Of a stretch of 64,000 nt of DNA, positions 56,653 to 64,000 are shown in pieces. The position numbers and the translations under genes are program-made. Below the pieces are notes generated by a model. The model did no database searches, had not been told where the DNA came from, and worked only from the letters and a program-made list of their open reading frames with translations. The stretch's first letter is position 1. Each line of letters opens with the position of its first letter. The stretch covers positions 124,001-188,000 of IMG/VR virus record IMGVR_UViG_3300021511_000003; one strand, 5' to 3'.

Positions 56653-59600
56653 TTGTTTTCAATAAAAAATTCGTTTTCGAATTGTTCAATATGCGATTTA
56701 CTTGAAGAAGGTTCTTGTATACTTGAAACAAATTGCAAAGGAGATTTGAAAAAGGTCGATGTTATTTTTGTTGCAGAAAATCCTGGTAAAGAAGAAGTAA
56801 AAATTGGAAGACCTCTTATAGGAAAAGCAGGTAAAAAATTCCGACAGTATTTTAATAAATTCGGAATCAATAAAATGAACTATTTATTAACAAATGTTGT
56901 TATGTGTCAAACAATTAATGAGGATGGAACAACTGGGAATCCAACTCAAGAAACAATTGAATTATGTAAAAATAATTGCATGGAAATAATAAGAAATTGT
57001 AATCCAAAGCTTATTGTTTTAATGGGTACAAGTCCAATGTCTGCCTTTGGTATTGCAAAAGTGGGTATTACAAATATTCATGAAAGATATGAATTGTTTG
57101 AGTGGGAAGGGTTTAAAACGATGGTTATTGTTCATCCTTCTTTTGTAAATAGAAATCAATCATGGGATGGTAAATTTTCAGAAGCAATGTCTCGAATTGC
57201 TGAAATACTTGGTGGAAAATATGTTAAAATGCCAAAGAAAAGCCAAACCAAAACATTAGGTAAAGGTATATTCAGATATAGTATTCCAAAGAAATTTTAT
57301 ACAAATGATTATAGACTTATTGATGTTCAATTTTTAAATAGAACAAGTCAGGTTTTATATATTTTTAGGGATAAAGATAATAATAAAATTTTTCATAAAG
57401 AAAATGATGATCATGTATGTTATCAAGCTCCAAAGGATGTTGAAGCAAGAAAAATTGTTCCATATAGCAAGTTAGATAAAGTTATGATTAAGTATAGAGA
57501 TAGATATAATTTGGATCCGAATATTACATATGAGGGTGATGTTAGATTAGCATCTAAACATGCTATGGATTATTACTATAACAATAAAGGTGAATGTCCT
57601 AAGACTACATCAAATATTATGTTTTTTGATATTGAGATTGACACTGGAAATGAAAGAGTTTTTCCAAAACCGGAAGATGCAGCATTCCCAATCAATCTGA
57701 TAACAACAATTTATAATGGTACCACAATTTGTTATGGAGTTGATAATAAAACAGAAGAAATAAAACGACGTCCTGATATAACTTATAAAATATTTAATAA
57801 TGAAAAGCAGTTGATGTGTTCATTTATTAAGGATTATAAGAAAACTGATCCAGATTTTTTAGCAGGGTGGAATAGTATTAGCTTTGATTTGGCATATATT
57901 TATAATAGATTGCCACAGATCGGAATCCCTCAAACAAGTATGAATAAATTTGGGGAATTTTATGTTGAAGGTGCAAAATTTGTTTGTCATATCCCTGGTA
58001 CAGTTCCAATAGATCAATATTTTTTGTATCGTACATTTACATTTACAAACATGGAAAATTATAAATTAGGGTTTATTGCTCAACATGAATTGGGTATAAC
58101 AAAAATTGAATTACCATTACCAATAAATGAAATGTACTGGAAAATGCAAAGTTTGACATATGAATATAATATTCGAGATAGTGAATTGTTGGAAAAGCTT
58201 GATGATAAACTGGGTCATATTAATCTATTAAATGAACTAAGAATTATTTGTAATACTAATTTTGAAGCAACTTCATCATTCGGTCAAATTGATTCATTAA
58301 TGGTATCATATCTTAGGAACAAAGGTATAGCATCAAAAAATAGTGACCCACATATTATAAAAGAACGTTATCCAGGAGCATATGTACATCAACCAATTCC
58401 TGGTGTATATGATTGGATTACAGATTTCGATTTTACATCTCTGTATCCAAGTCTAATAATTACTTATAATATCGGTGTTAATAGTTTTGTTATGAAAACG
58501 AAAGATCCGCATATTGGTTACGATCTTGTATATGATAAAAAGAATGTTCCTGATGAAATTGAAATGATTATTGATCCATTATATAAAGCGAAGTCAGTTA
58601 AAATGTCATACAAGAAATTGTATGAAAACGTACAAAAAGATGATTTGATTCATACAATCAATGGTTGCTTTTTTCAACCACATAAAAAGGTATTATCTGT
58701 TTTCGGAGAAGTTGTTGACATGTTAATGGTCTCACGAAAAGAATATAAAGAAAAAATGTTTGATGCAATTGAAGCTAAAGATAAAGATTTAGAAAAGTTT
58801 TATTATACACGGCAGTTAGTATATAAAGTTCTAGCAAATACATTATATGGAGTTGTTGCAAATAAAGCATTTAGATTCTTTAATATTTCTTTAGCATCAG
58901 CTATTACACTTGCTGGTCAAGAAGTAATAAAAACATCAATTATTGAAGGCGATGCTTTTATGAGGCACCTTAATACAGGTAAACCTTATATATCACCAGC
59001 AAAACTTACAAAAAGAGAAATGTTTAGTGATGCAATGCCAGATAGAGGCAATGAATATATTCTTACAGGTGATACAGATTCAATATTTTGTTGTTTTGAG
59101 AAATTCAATGATGTATCAGTTGATAACATTCGTAGTTGGTGTAAAGAGATTGAATTATTTTTAAATGAAGATAAAATTCTTGATGTTGTAAAAAGACATA
59201 ATTGTGATCTTGATTTTAATAGAATGAAACTTAAAAATGAGTTGATTATTTCTCGTGGTTTATTTCTTGCAAAAAAGAGATATGCTATTCGTGTAATTAA
59301 TAATGAAGGAAAAGATGTTGATAAAATAAATTATATGGGCGTTGAAATTAAGAGATCAGATTATCCAAGTAAATCAAAAGAATTTTTATCCACATTATCA
59401 GAGTTAATTTTGAAATCTGAAAAAGTTTCAATAGGTCAATTAATGAAATTTATTAATCGTCAAGAGAATGAATTTCTTGAATCTATTTATAAGGGAGAAA
59501 AAGTTATTGCTCGACCTGTGTCATATGGTAAATTATTAAAGGATTATAAAAATATCCCTCAAGGAGTAAGGGCTATGGAAGCGTGGAATAAAATAATGTA

Positions 59601-59877
59601 TAATGTTCATAAAACAGGTAATAGAGCATATATGTATTGGGTTCAGGGTATTGATCTTGAAATAGCTCCTAAAGATGTAAGAGAAAAATATCATCAATAT
59701 GTAAAAGATGGAAATAAATTGGAAGTAATTGCAATACCAGATGAAGAAAAGAGGTTACCAAAATTCTTTATTCCAAATAAACAAGCAGCATTAAAATTTA
59801 CATTTAAAGATAGATATGAACTAATGTTGAAACCATTAGAGTTGAAAGTAAAAAAGCAGGAAGTTCTTACTTTCTAA
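56653..59877 (+). CDS. polB: Family B DNA polymerase with N-terminal family-4 uracil-DNA glycosylase domain
   Basis: UDG4: CSIC, AENPG.EE...G.P.IG.AG, TN.V.C, HPS; Exo FDIE, GWNS..FD, YN..D; Pol DFTSLYPS, K...N..YG, GDTDS, KKRY. Confidence 0.93.
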   Translation: MFSIKNSFSNCSICDLLEEGSCILETNCKGDLKKVDVIFVAENPGKEEVKIGRPLIGKAGKKFRQYFNKFGINKMNYLLTNVVMCQTINEDGTTGNPTQETIELCKNNCMEIIRNCNPKLIVLMGTSPMSAFGIAKVGITNIHERYELFEWEGFKTMVIVHPSFVNRNQSWDGKFSEAMSRIAEILGGKYVKMPKKSQTKTLGKGIFRYSIPKKFYTNDYRLIDVQFLNRTSQVLYIFRDKDNNKIFHKENDDHVCYQAPKDVEARKIVPYSKLDKVMIKYRDRYNLDPNITYEGDVRLASKHAMDYYYNNKGECPKTTSNIMFFDIEIDTGNERVFPKPEDAAFPINLITTIYNGTTICYGVDNKTEEIKRRPDITYKIFNNEKQLMCSFIKDYKKTDPDFLAGWNSISFDLAYIYNRLPQIGIPQTSMNKFGEFYVEGAKFVCHIPGTVPIDQYFLYRTFTFTNMENYKLGFIAQHELGITKIELPLPINEMYWKMQSLTYEYNIRDSELLEKLDDKLGHINLLNELRIICNTNFEATSSFGQIDSLMVSYLRNKGIASKNSDPHIIKERYPGAYVHQPIPGVYDWITDFDFTSLYPSLIITYNIGVNSFVMKTKDPHIGYDLVYDKKNVPDEIEMIIDPLYKAKSVKMSYKKLYENVQKDDLIHTINGCFFQPHKKVLSVFGEVVDMLMVSRKEYKEKMFDAIEAKDKDLEKFYYTRQLVYKVLANTLYGVVANKAFRFFNISLASAITLAGQEVIKTSIIEGDAFMRHLNTGKPYISPAKLTKREMFSDAMPDRGNEYILTGDTDSIFCCFEKFNDVSVDNIRSWCKEIELFLNEDKILDVVKRHNCDLDFNRMKLKNELIISRGLFLAKKRYAIRVINNEGKDVDKINYMGVEIKRSDYPSKSKEFLSTLSELILKSEKVSIGQLMKFINRQENEFLESIYKGEKVIARPVSYGKLLKDYKNIPQGVRAMEAWNKIMYNVHKTGNRAYMYWVQGIDLEIAPKDVREKYHQYVKDGNKLEVIAIPDEEKRLPKFFIPNKQAALKFTFKDRYELMLKPLELKVKKQEVLTF

Positions 59878-59892
59878 TTAGAACATAACATT

Positions 59893-59954
59893 AAATATGT
59901 GGGACATGTGATTGCAAACACTTTTCTTGCCCTATCAAGAATTACCACATATTT
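59893..59954 (+). ncRNA. Three-way-junction hairpin upstream of HNH remnant
   Basis: AAATATGTGG/CCACATATTT 10-bp stem enclosing GTG/CAC and TTCTTG/CAAGAA hairpins, directly after motif B promoter. Confidence 0.45.
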
Positions 59955-59983
59955 ATATCTAATATCTATAGGGAGATATCAAA

Positions 59984-60125
59984 ATGTCAAATCAATTATA
60001 TAAGTATGGATGCAGAAAGGAAGTAAATTTAAACTTAAGAATGGTGTTGTTCTGAAAAACATACTCACTGTCCAGCTTTTCAATCAAATGTAACATATGC
60101 TAAAAAAGTAATTACACAACATAAA
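59984..60125 (+). pseudogene. Degraded HNH endonuclease N-terminal remnant
   Basis: MSNQLYKYGCRKE.. then frameshifted KFKLKN / WCCSEKHTHCP resembling CDYGCGREAKYQFKNGKWCCS....CP. Confidence 0.6.
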
Positions 60126-60187
60126 TGTTCATATGGGAAAAGATTTGTATAAAAAGAATACAAAATTTTGTAGAAAGGAAAAAAAGA

Positions 60188-60847
60188 ATGAAAGAAAAGA
60201 CTGTTAAATTAATTGAATGTTTTAACACATATCAAGGTGAAGGACCAGATAGTGGTCAGGCAATGGTTATATTAAGATTTAAAACATGTAATTTAAAATG
60301 TCCTTGGTGTGATACTTCTGTTAAAATGAGAATAAGTATGGAGGCTGAATATGAATTGAGTAAAATTCAAAAAGAAATTTATAATAATCGCCTGGGTATT
60401 CTTATTACAGGTGGTGAACCAACAGTATCAAGACACATTAATGAAACATTATGGTTATTGAATGAATTGGATTATCCAATTGCCAATGTTGAATCAAATG
60501 GATTCAATCTTGAAGAAGTGATAGAACGAACCGATCCTTTGAAAAATGTTCGTTATATGTTCTCGCCTAAAATCTTTTCAGAAAAAGATCTTGGTTCTGC
60601 AAAAGCTAAAACAAGATCCCTCATAGAATATTCAAATTTATATATCAAAGTTGTTTACGAAAATAATGATCTTATATCTAACTATCTTGAGTGGCTTTCA
60701 CCTCAAGCTGCAAATAAAGTTTGGTTGATGCCAGAAGGTGTTAATAGAAGCGATTTAATCAGGAATTCTGAAAGTGTATTTGATGCGTGTGAAAAATATA
60801 AGTTTAATTTTTCATCGCGTAATCATTTAATATTTGGTTTTGTATAA
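60188..60847 (+). CDS. queE: 7-carboxy-7-deazaguanine synthase (radical SAM)
   Basis: ECFNTYQGEG, CNLKCPWCDT, ITGGEP, ESNG, SPK, WLMPEG. Confidence 0.85.
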   Translation: MKEKTVKLIECFNTYQGEGPDSGQAMVILRFKTCNLKCPWCDTSVKMRISMEAEYELSKIQKEIYNNRLGILITGGEPTVSRHINETLWLLNELDYPIANVESNGFNLEEVIERTDPLKNVRYMFSPKIFSEKDLGSAKAKTRSLIEYSNLYIKVVYENNDLISNYLEWLSPQAANKVWLMPEGVNRSDLIRNSESVFDACEKYKFNFSSRNHLIFGFV

Positions 60848-60855
60848 GGAAGGAG

Positions 60856-61245
60856 GTGAATACCATCAACGTAACTAGTTATTATAAACATTTTAAACCA
60901 GAAGAACAAAGCGGAATGTGTGTAGTTCGTCGAAGAGGTGAAAAAGACGAAGACTTTATTAAAAGATTTCGTAAAAAAATTTCTAAAAGTGGGGTCGCAA
61001 AAGAGTTTCGTGACCGAATGTATTTTGAGAAACCAAGTGATAAAAAAAGACGTAAGAAAGCTCAATCAATTAGATTGATAAAGCGTGATGCAGAAAAGGC
61101 TGAAAAAATGAATGAGCGTTATATACGCATGAAAGCTAAACAAAAACGTAAGAGAGAAAAAGAAAACTTATTAAAAGGAGAACGACATGATAGAAGCAGT
61201 AGCAGACAAAATCGTAGTCGAATATCTAAGACAGACAGTGAGTGA
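60856..61245 (+). CDS. rpsU: Ribosomal protein bS21 with extended basic tail
   Basis: FIKRFRKKISKSG..KEFRDRMYFEKPSDKKRRKK. Confidence 0.85.
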   Translation: MNTINVTSYYKHFKPEEQSGMCVVRRRGEKDEDFIKRFRKKISKSGVAKEFRDRMYFEKPSDKKRRKKAQSIRLIKRDAEKAEKMNERYIRMKAKQKRKREKENLLKGERHDRSSSRQNRSRISKTDSE

Positions 61246-61546
61246 AGCAGGAATTCTAATTCCTGAAATGGCCCAGGATCCACAGGGTTATGGTAAGGTT
61301 TTATCAGTTGGAGATTTGGTAAAAGATACTCCAATTGAAAAAGACGATATACTTATTTTTCACACAAGGGCAGGTATGGATTTTATTCAAGATAGAAAAG
61401 TAATGAAGTGTCTGAAATATGAAGAAGTTTATGGTATTGTTAGAGATGAAAAATTATCAAAGAGACTTCAACCTTTAGAATTTAAATCCAAAGAACAATC
61501 TAAAATCATTCAGCCTTCGAAAGGGGGTGGTATAGTTGTCGCTTAA
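61187..61546 (+). CDS. groES: GroES/Cpn10 co-chaperonin
   Basis: DKIVV, SEAGILIP, GKVLSVG, D.LIF. Confidence 0.8.
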   Translation: MIEAVADKIVVEYLRQTVSEAGILIPEMAQDPQGYGKVLSVGDLVKDTPIEKDDILIFHTRAGMDFIQDRKVMKCLKYEEVYGIVRDEKLSKRLQPLEFKSKEQSKIIQPSKGGGIVVA

Positions 61547-62339
61547 TTTACAATATATTAAAGCAACTAATCTTGATGATGCATGGCACCAAACATTATT
61601 TAAAATGCTTGAAGAAGGTAGTGTATTTAAAATTGATCGTGGTTCATATGCAGGACAAAAACGATTGGAATTTGACTGGATTACATGTCATATTAAAAAT
61701 CCAGGTGTTCGTCCATTACTGCCACAAATTCCAGACTCATATGGAGTTCCTAATCCTGTAGCAGAGGATTATTTGGATGATTATCTTCCTTATTTAATGA
61801 CTGCAGAATTGAAAGACGATGAGTCATATACTTATGGTCAACGTCTTAGTGGGTACCCAATTAAATATCCTTTATATTTATCAAAGGAAGGGCATTGGCC
61901 AAACATTCTTATTAAAGAAACTGATGAATTAATTGAAAAAGGTATTATTTATTCTACTGGCCAGTGGCATTTGAATCAAATTGAGCTTCTTATTTGGACG
62001 TACAAAAATAAGGGATTCAGAAATAATCAGATGGTATTACAAGTAGCACATCCAACCGATATGTTGCTTCAAGATCCTCCATGTTTGAGAAGTATTGATA
62101 CAAGGATTCAAGATGGAAAACTTCATTTCTATCCTTATTTTAGATCTTGGGATCTATGGGGTGGATTCCCTGCTAATTTAGGGGGTATTCAATTACTTAA
62201 GGAATATGTTTCAAGTGAGATTGGTGTTGATGATGGAGAAATTATTGCTACAAGTAAGGGAATGCATATTTATGATTATTCTTTTGACCTTGCAAAGTGC
62301 TTGAGAATGCGGGATGATATAAAATTAAAAGGGGAATAA
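61536..62339 (+). CDS. thyA: Thymidylate synthase
   Basis: YTYGQR, PPCL, FRSWDLWGGFPAN, HIY. Confidence 0.88.
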   Translation: MSLNLQYIKATNLDDAWHQTLFKMLEEGSVFKIDRGSYAGQKRLEFDWITCHIKNPGVRPLLPQIPDSYGVPNPVAEDYLDDYLPYLMTAELKDDESYTYGQRLSGYPIKYPLYLSKEGHWPNILIKETDELIEKGIIYSTGQWHLNQIELLIWTYKNKGFRNNQMVLQVAHPTDMLLQDPPCLRSIDTRIQDGKLHFYPYFRSWDLWGGFPANLGGIQLLKEYVSSEIGVDDGEIIATSKGMHIYDYSFDLAKCLRMRDDIKLKGE

Positions 62340-62342
62340 TAT

Positions 62343-62873
62343 ATGTCAACTGTTGTTGGTATTGTTAATAATGGTAAGGTCTGGATGGGTGCAGATAGTT
62401 TTGCAACAACAATTGATGGTGAACGTAGGCGAACTGTTTGTAACAAATTATTTATAAATGGACCATATCTTTTCGGTCATACTGGTAGTGTAAGACCTGG
62501 TCAAGTTTTAAGACGACAATTTTTTACACCACCGAAAAATGTGTTAGAATTACCAGACTGTATTCGTGACCATTTAAAAAAAAAGGAGTGTCTTATAATT
62601 AATCCTGATACTCAAACTCAGTTGTTAGAGGGCAATTTTTTGATTGCAACTAATCATGGGAAATTGTATGAATTTCTTTCTGATTTTCAAATGAATGAAG
62701 TTATAGATCATACTGCAATTGGATCTGGTGCACCCTTTTCTTTGGGTTCATTATATACAACCAGGAAAGTTTATAACAATACTCATAGACTTAAAGTAGC
62801 GCTTCATGCTGCTGCGGTATATGATCTTCATACAGGACCACCATTTATTATCAAAGAATTTCTTGAAGATTAA
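62343..62873 (+). CDS. HslV/proteasome-beta-like Ntn hydrolase
   Basis: N-terminal STVVG, GADS, K, AIGSG..F.LG, TGPPF. Confidence 0.78.
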   Translation: MSTVVGIVNNGKVWMGADSFATTIDGERRRTVCNKLFINGPYLFGHTGSVRPGQVLRRQFFTPPKNVLELPDCIRDHLKKKECLIINPDTQTQLLEGNFLIATNHGKLYEFLSDFQMNEVIDHTAIGSGAPFSLGSLYTTRKVYNNTHRLKVALHAAAVYDLHTGPPFIIKEFLED

Positions 62874-62893
62874 AAATATATTTGGCTATACAT

Positions 62894-62930
62894 CATTGAG
62901 TAGAAAATATTTAACTGGTTCTACTCAATG
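62894..62930. terminator. 12-bp inverted repeat (terminator or processing hairpin)
   Basis: CATTGAGTAGAA...TTCTACTCAATG right after 62873. Confidence 0.5.
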
Positions 62931-63031
62931 ATTACTTCCAACTGTATGTGTTATAGGAAACTGTGAAAATATAGGATATTATGTATAACATTAAGAACAA
63001 AGAATAAATACAAACCAATACATTGGGGGGA

Positions 63032-64000
63032 ATGATGGCTAGAAGTGGTTACGTTTTAGCGGGTTTCGAAACATTAGCAACAATATTGAAATTATTTACC
63101 GACGGTAAACGCGGGAGATGGAATGATAACTTTACAAAAGAAAGCGTCTCTAATTTTTTATCTGAGACATGTTCTGGGTTTTTACATTCATATGGTCAAA
63201 ATTTTCCAAACAAAAAGAAATATGATACATATAATTTAACTGAAGCAAATATGTTTAAAAAGTGTAGAGATTGGGGATTTTTTGATAAATGTAATTTTAT
63301 TGTTGATAGTGGTGGTTTTCAAATTTCAACAGGTAGATTAACAAGACGAGAATCTGATTTACTTTTTCATATGTATTATGAATTTTTAGAAGAGTATCAT
63401 GAAGTATATAATAGAGCTTTTATTTTAGATATCCCGCCAGGACCTGGTTGTGAAATATTTCATAATTTTGATGATGTATATAAACAAAATCTTGATTCAT
63501 ATGAAATAGCAAGAAACATGCCTGAGCATGTAAAGAAAAAAATAATTTATATTCACCATTTTAGAACTCCCAAATTATGGGAAATATATACAAAAATTTT
63601 AAAAGATGGTGAGATGTTTCCAGAATTTGAATATCACGGTACAGGTGGTATTGTAGCAAATATGTCAAGTGATATGTCAATACCGTGTATCATTTATGTC
63701 CTTCCTTTAATACCTCTTATTAATCAAGCAATTAAATATGGTAGAAATTATCTTAATTTTCATGTATTGGGTGGTGCAAATTTTAGAGATGTTTTATTTT
63801 ATGAACTATTTAGAATTACAATGAAAAAGAAACATAATTTTGATTTGAATATGACTTATGATTCATCTGGACCTTATAAACAGGTAATGCACGCTCGCTT
63901 TTTACATGCTAAAGATGATAACGGTTATATAAGAAAAATGAGTATTAAACCAAATGATATGGACAAGAGATTTTGGGATGGACGAACAGTTGAACAACAT
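63032..64000 (+). CDS. tRNA-guanine transglycosylase-like (DpdA-like) protein, partial
   Basis: Open to window end; FIVDSGGFQ, LDIPPG, FHVLGG, TYDSSG. Confidence 0.7.
   Translation, partial: MMARSGYVLAGFETLATILKLFTDGKRGRWNDNFTKESVSNFLSETCSGFLHSYGQNFPNKKKYDTYNLTEANMFKKCRDWGFFDKCNFIVDSGGFQISTGRLTRRESDLLFHMYYEFLEEYHEVYNRAFILDIPPGPGCEIFHNFDDVYKQNLDSYEIARNMPEHVKKKIIYIHHFRTPKLWEIYTKILKDGEMFPEFEYHGTGGIVANMSSDMSIPCIIYVLPLIPLINQAIKYGRNYLNFHVLGGANFRDVLFYELFRITMKKKHNFDLNMTYDSSGPYKQVMHARFLHAKDDNGYIRKMSIKPNDMDKRFWDGRTVEQH

Noticed and set aside
56653-59877. Intein or intron in the polymerase
   Set aside because: The extra length is explained by the UDG domain; no intein splice motifs or frame breaks are seen.
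61536-62339. dCMP hydroxymethylase
   Set aside because: Retains the Asn (FPAN) that specifies dUMP, consistent with thymidylate synthase.
197-64000. Genome-wide TAG reassignment (code 15)
   Set aside because: Genes are intact and densely packed under code 11, and several end in TAG at sensible positions; only the 45065-45265 leader has internal ambers.

Overview
AT-rich segment of a large (jumbo/huge) dsDNA bacteriophage genome, standard genetic code. The host is probably Gram-negative (OmpA and FG-GAP lipoproteins, KDO and heptose genes); the tmRNA tag resembles Desulfobacterota tags as I recall them. The window has four blocks. (1) 0.2-16 kb: glycan-building cluster with GT9/GT2/GT4/GT-D glycosyltransferases, sulfotransferases, UDP-sulfoquinovose synthase and a collapsed cysC, followed by a primase-polymerase and two papain-fold proteins. 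(2) 17-32 kb: nucleotide and sugar metabolism (queC, MazG, dCMP deaminase, kdsA, kdsB, transaldolase, ugd, hldC-like), endolysin and nuclease. (3) 32.7-53.4 kb, minus strand: a translation island with 26 tRNA genes covering all 20 amino acids plus an amber (CUA) suppressor, tmRNA, two Pth2-family proteins, RNA ligase, CCA-adding enzyme, YqeY and several unexplained structured RNAs. (4) 53.5-64 kb: replication and DNA-modification genes (UDG-fused family B polymerase, queE, bS21, GroES, thyA, TGT/DpdA-like). The best candidate novel systems are: (a) an unannotated leader ORF (45065-45265) with two in-frame UAG codons followed by an RGPP ribosome-arrest-like motif, sitting on the anti-Shine-Dalgarno arm of a hairpin that gates an operon ending in a Pth2-like gene, a membrane protein and the amber suppressor tRNA, i.e. 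a putative amber-readthrough sensor; (b) a 300-nt closed structured RNA with 7-nt-periodic AAG tracts directly behind a coiled-coil gene; (c) a D-arm-less tRNA-Tyr whose variable loop pairs back on the D region, plus four tRNAs with C33. All calls are from reading motifs by eye; no database searches were run.
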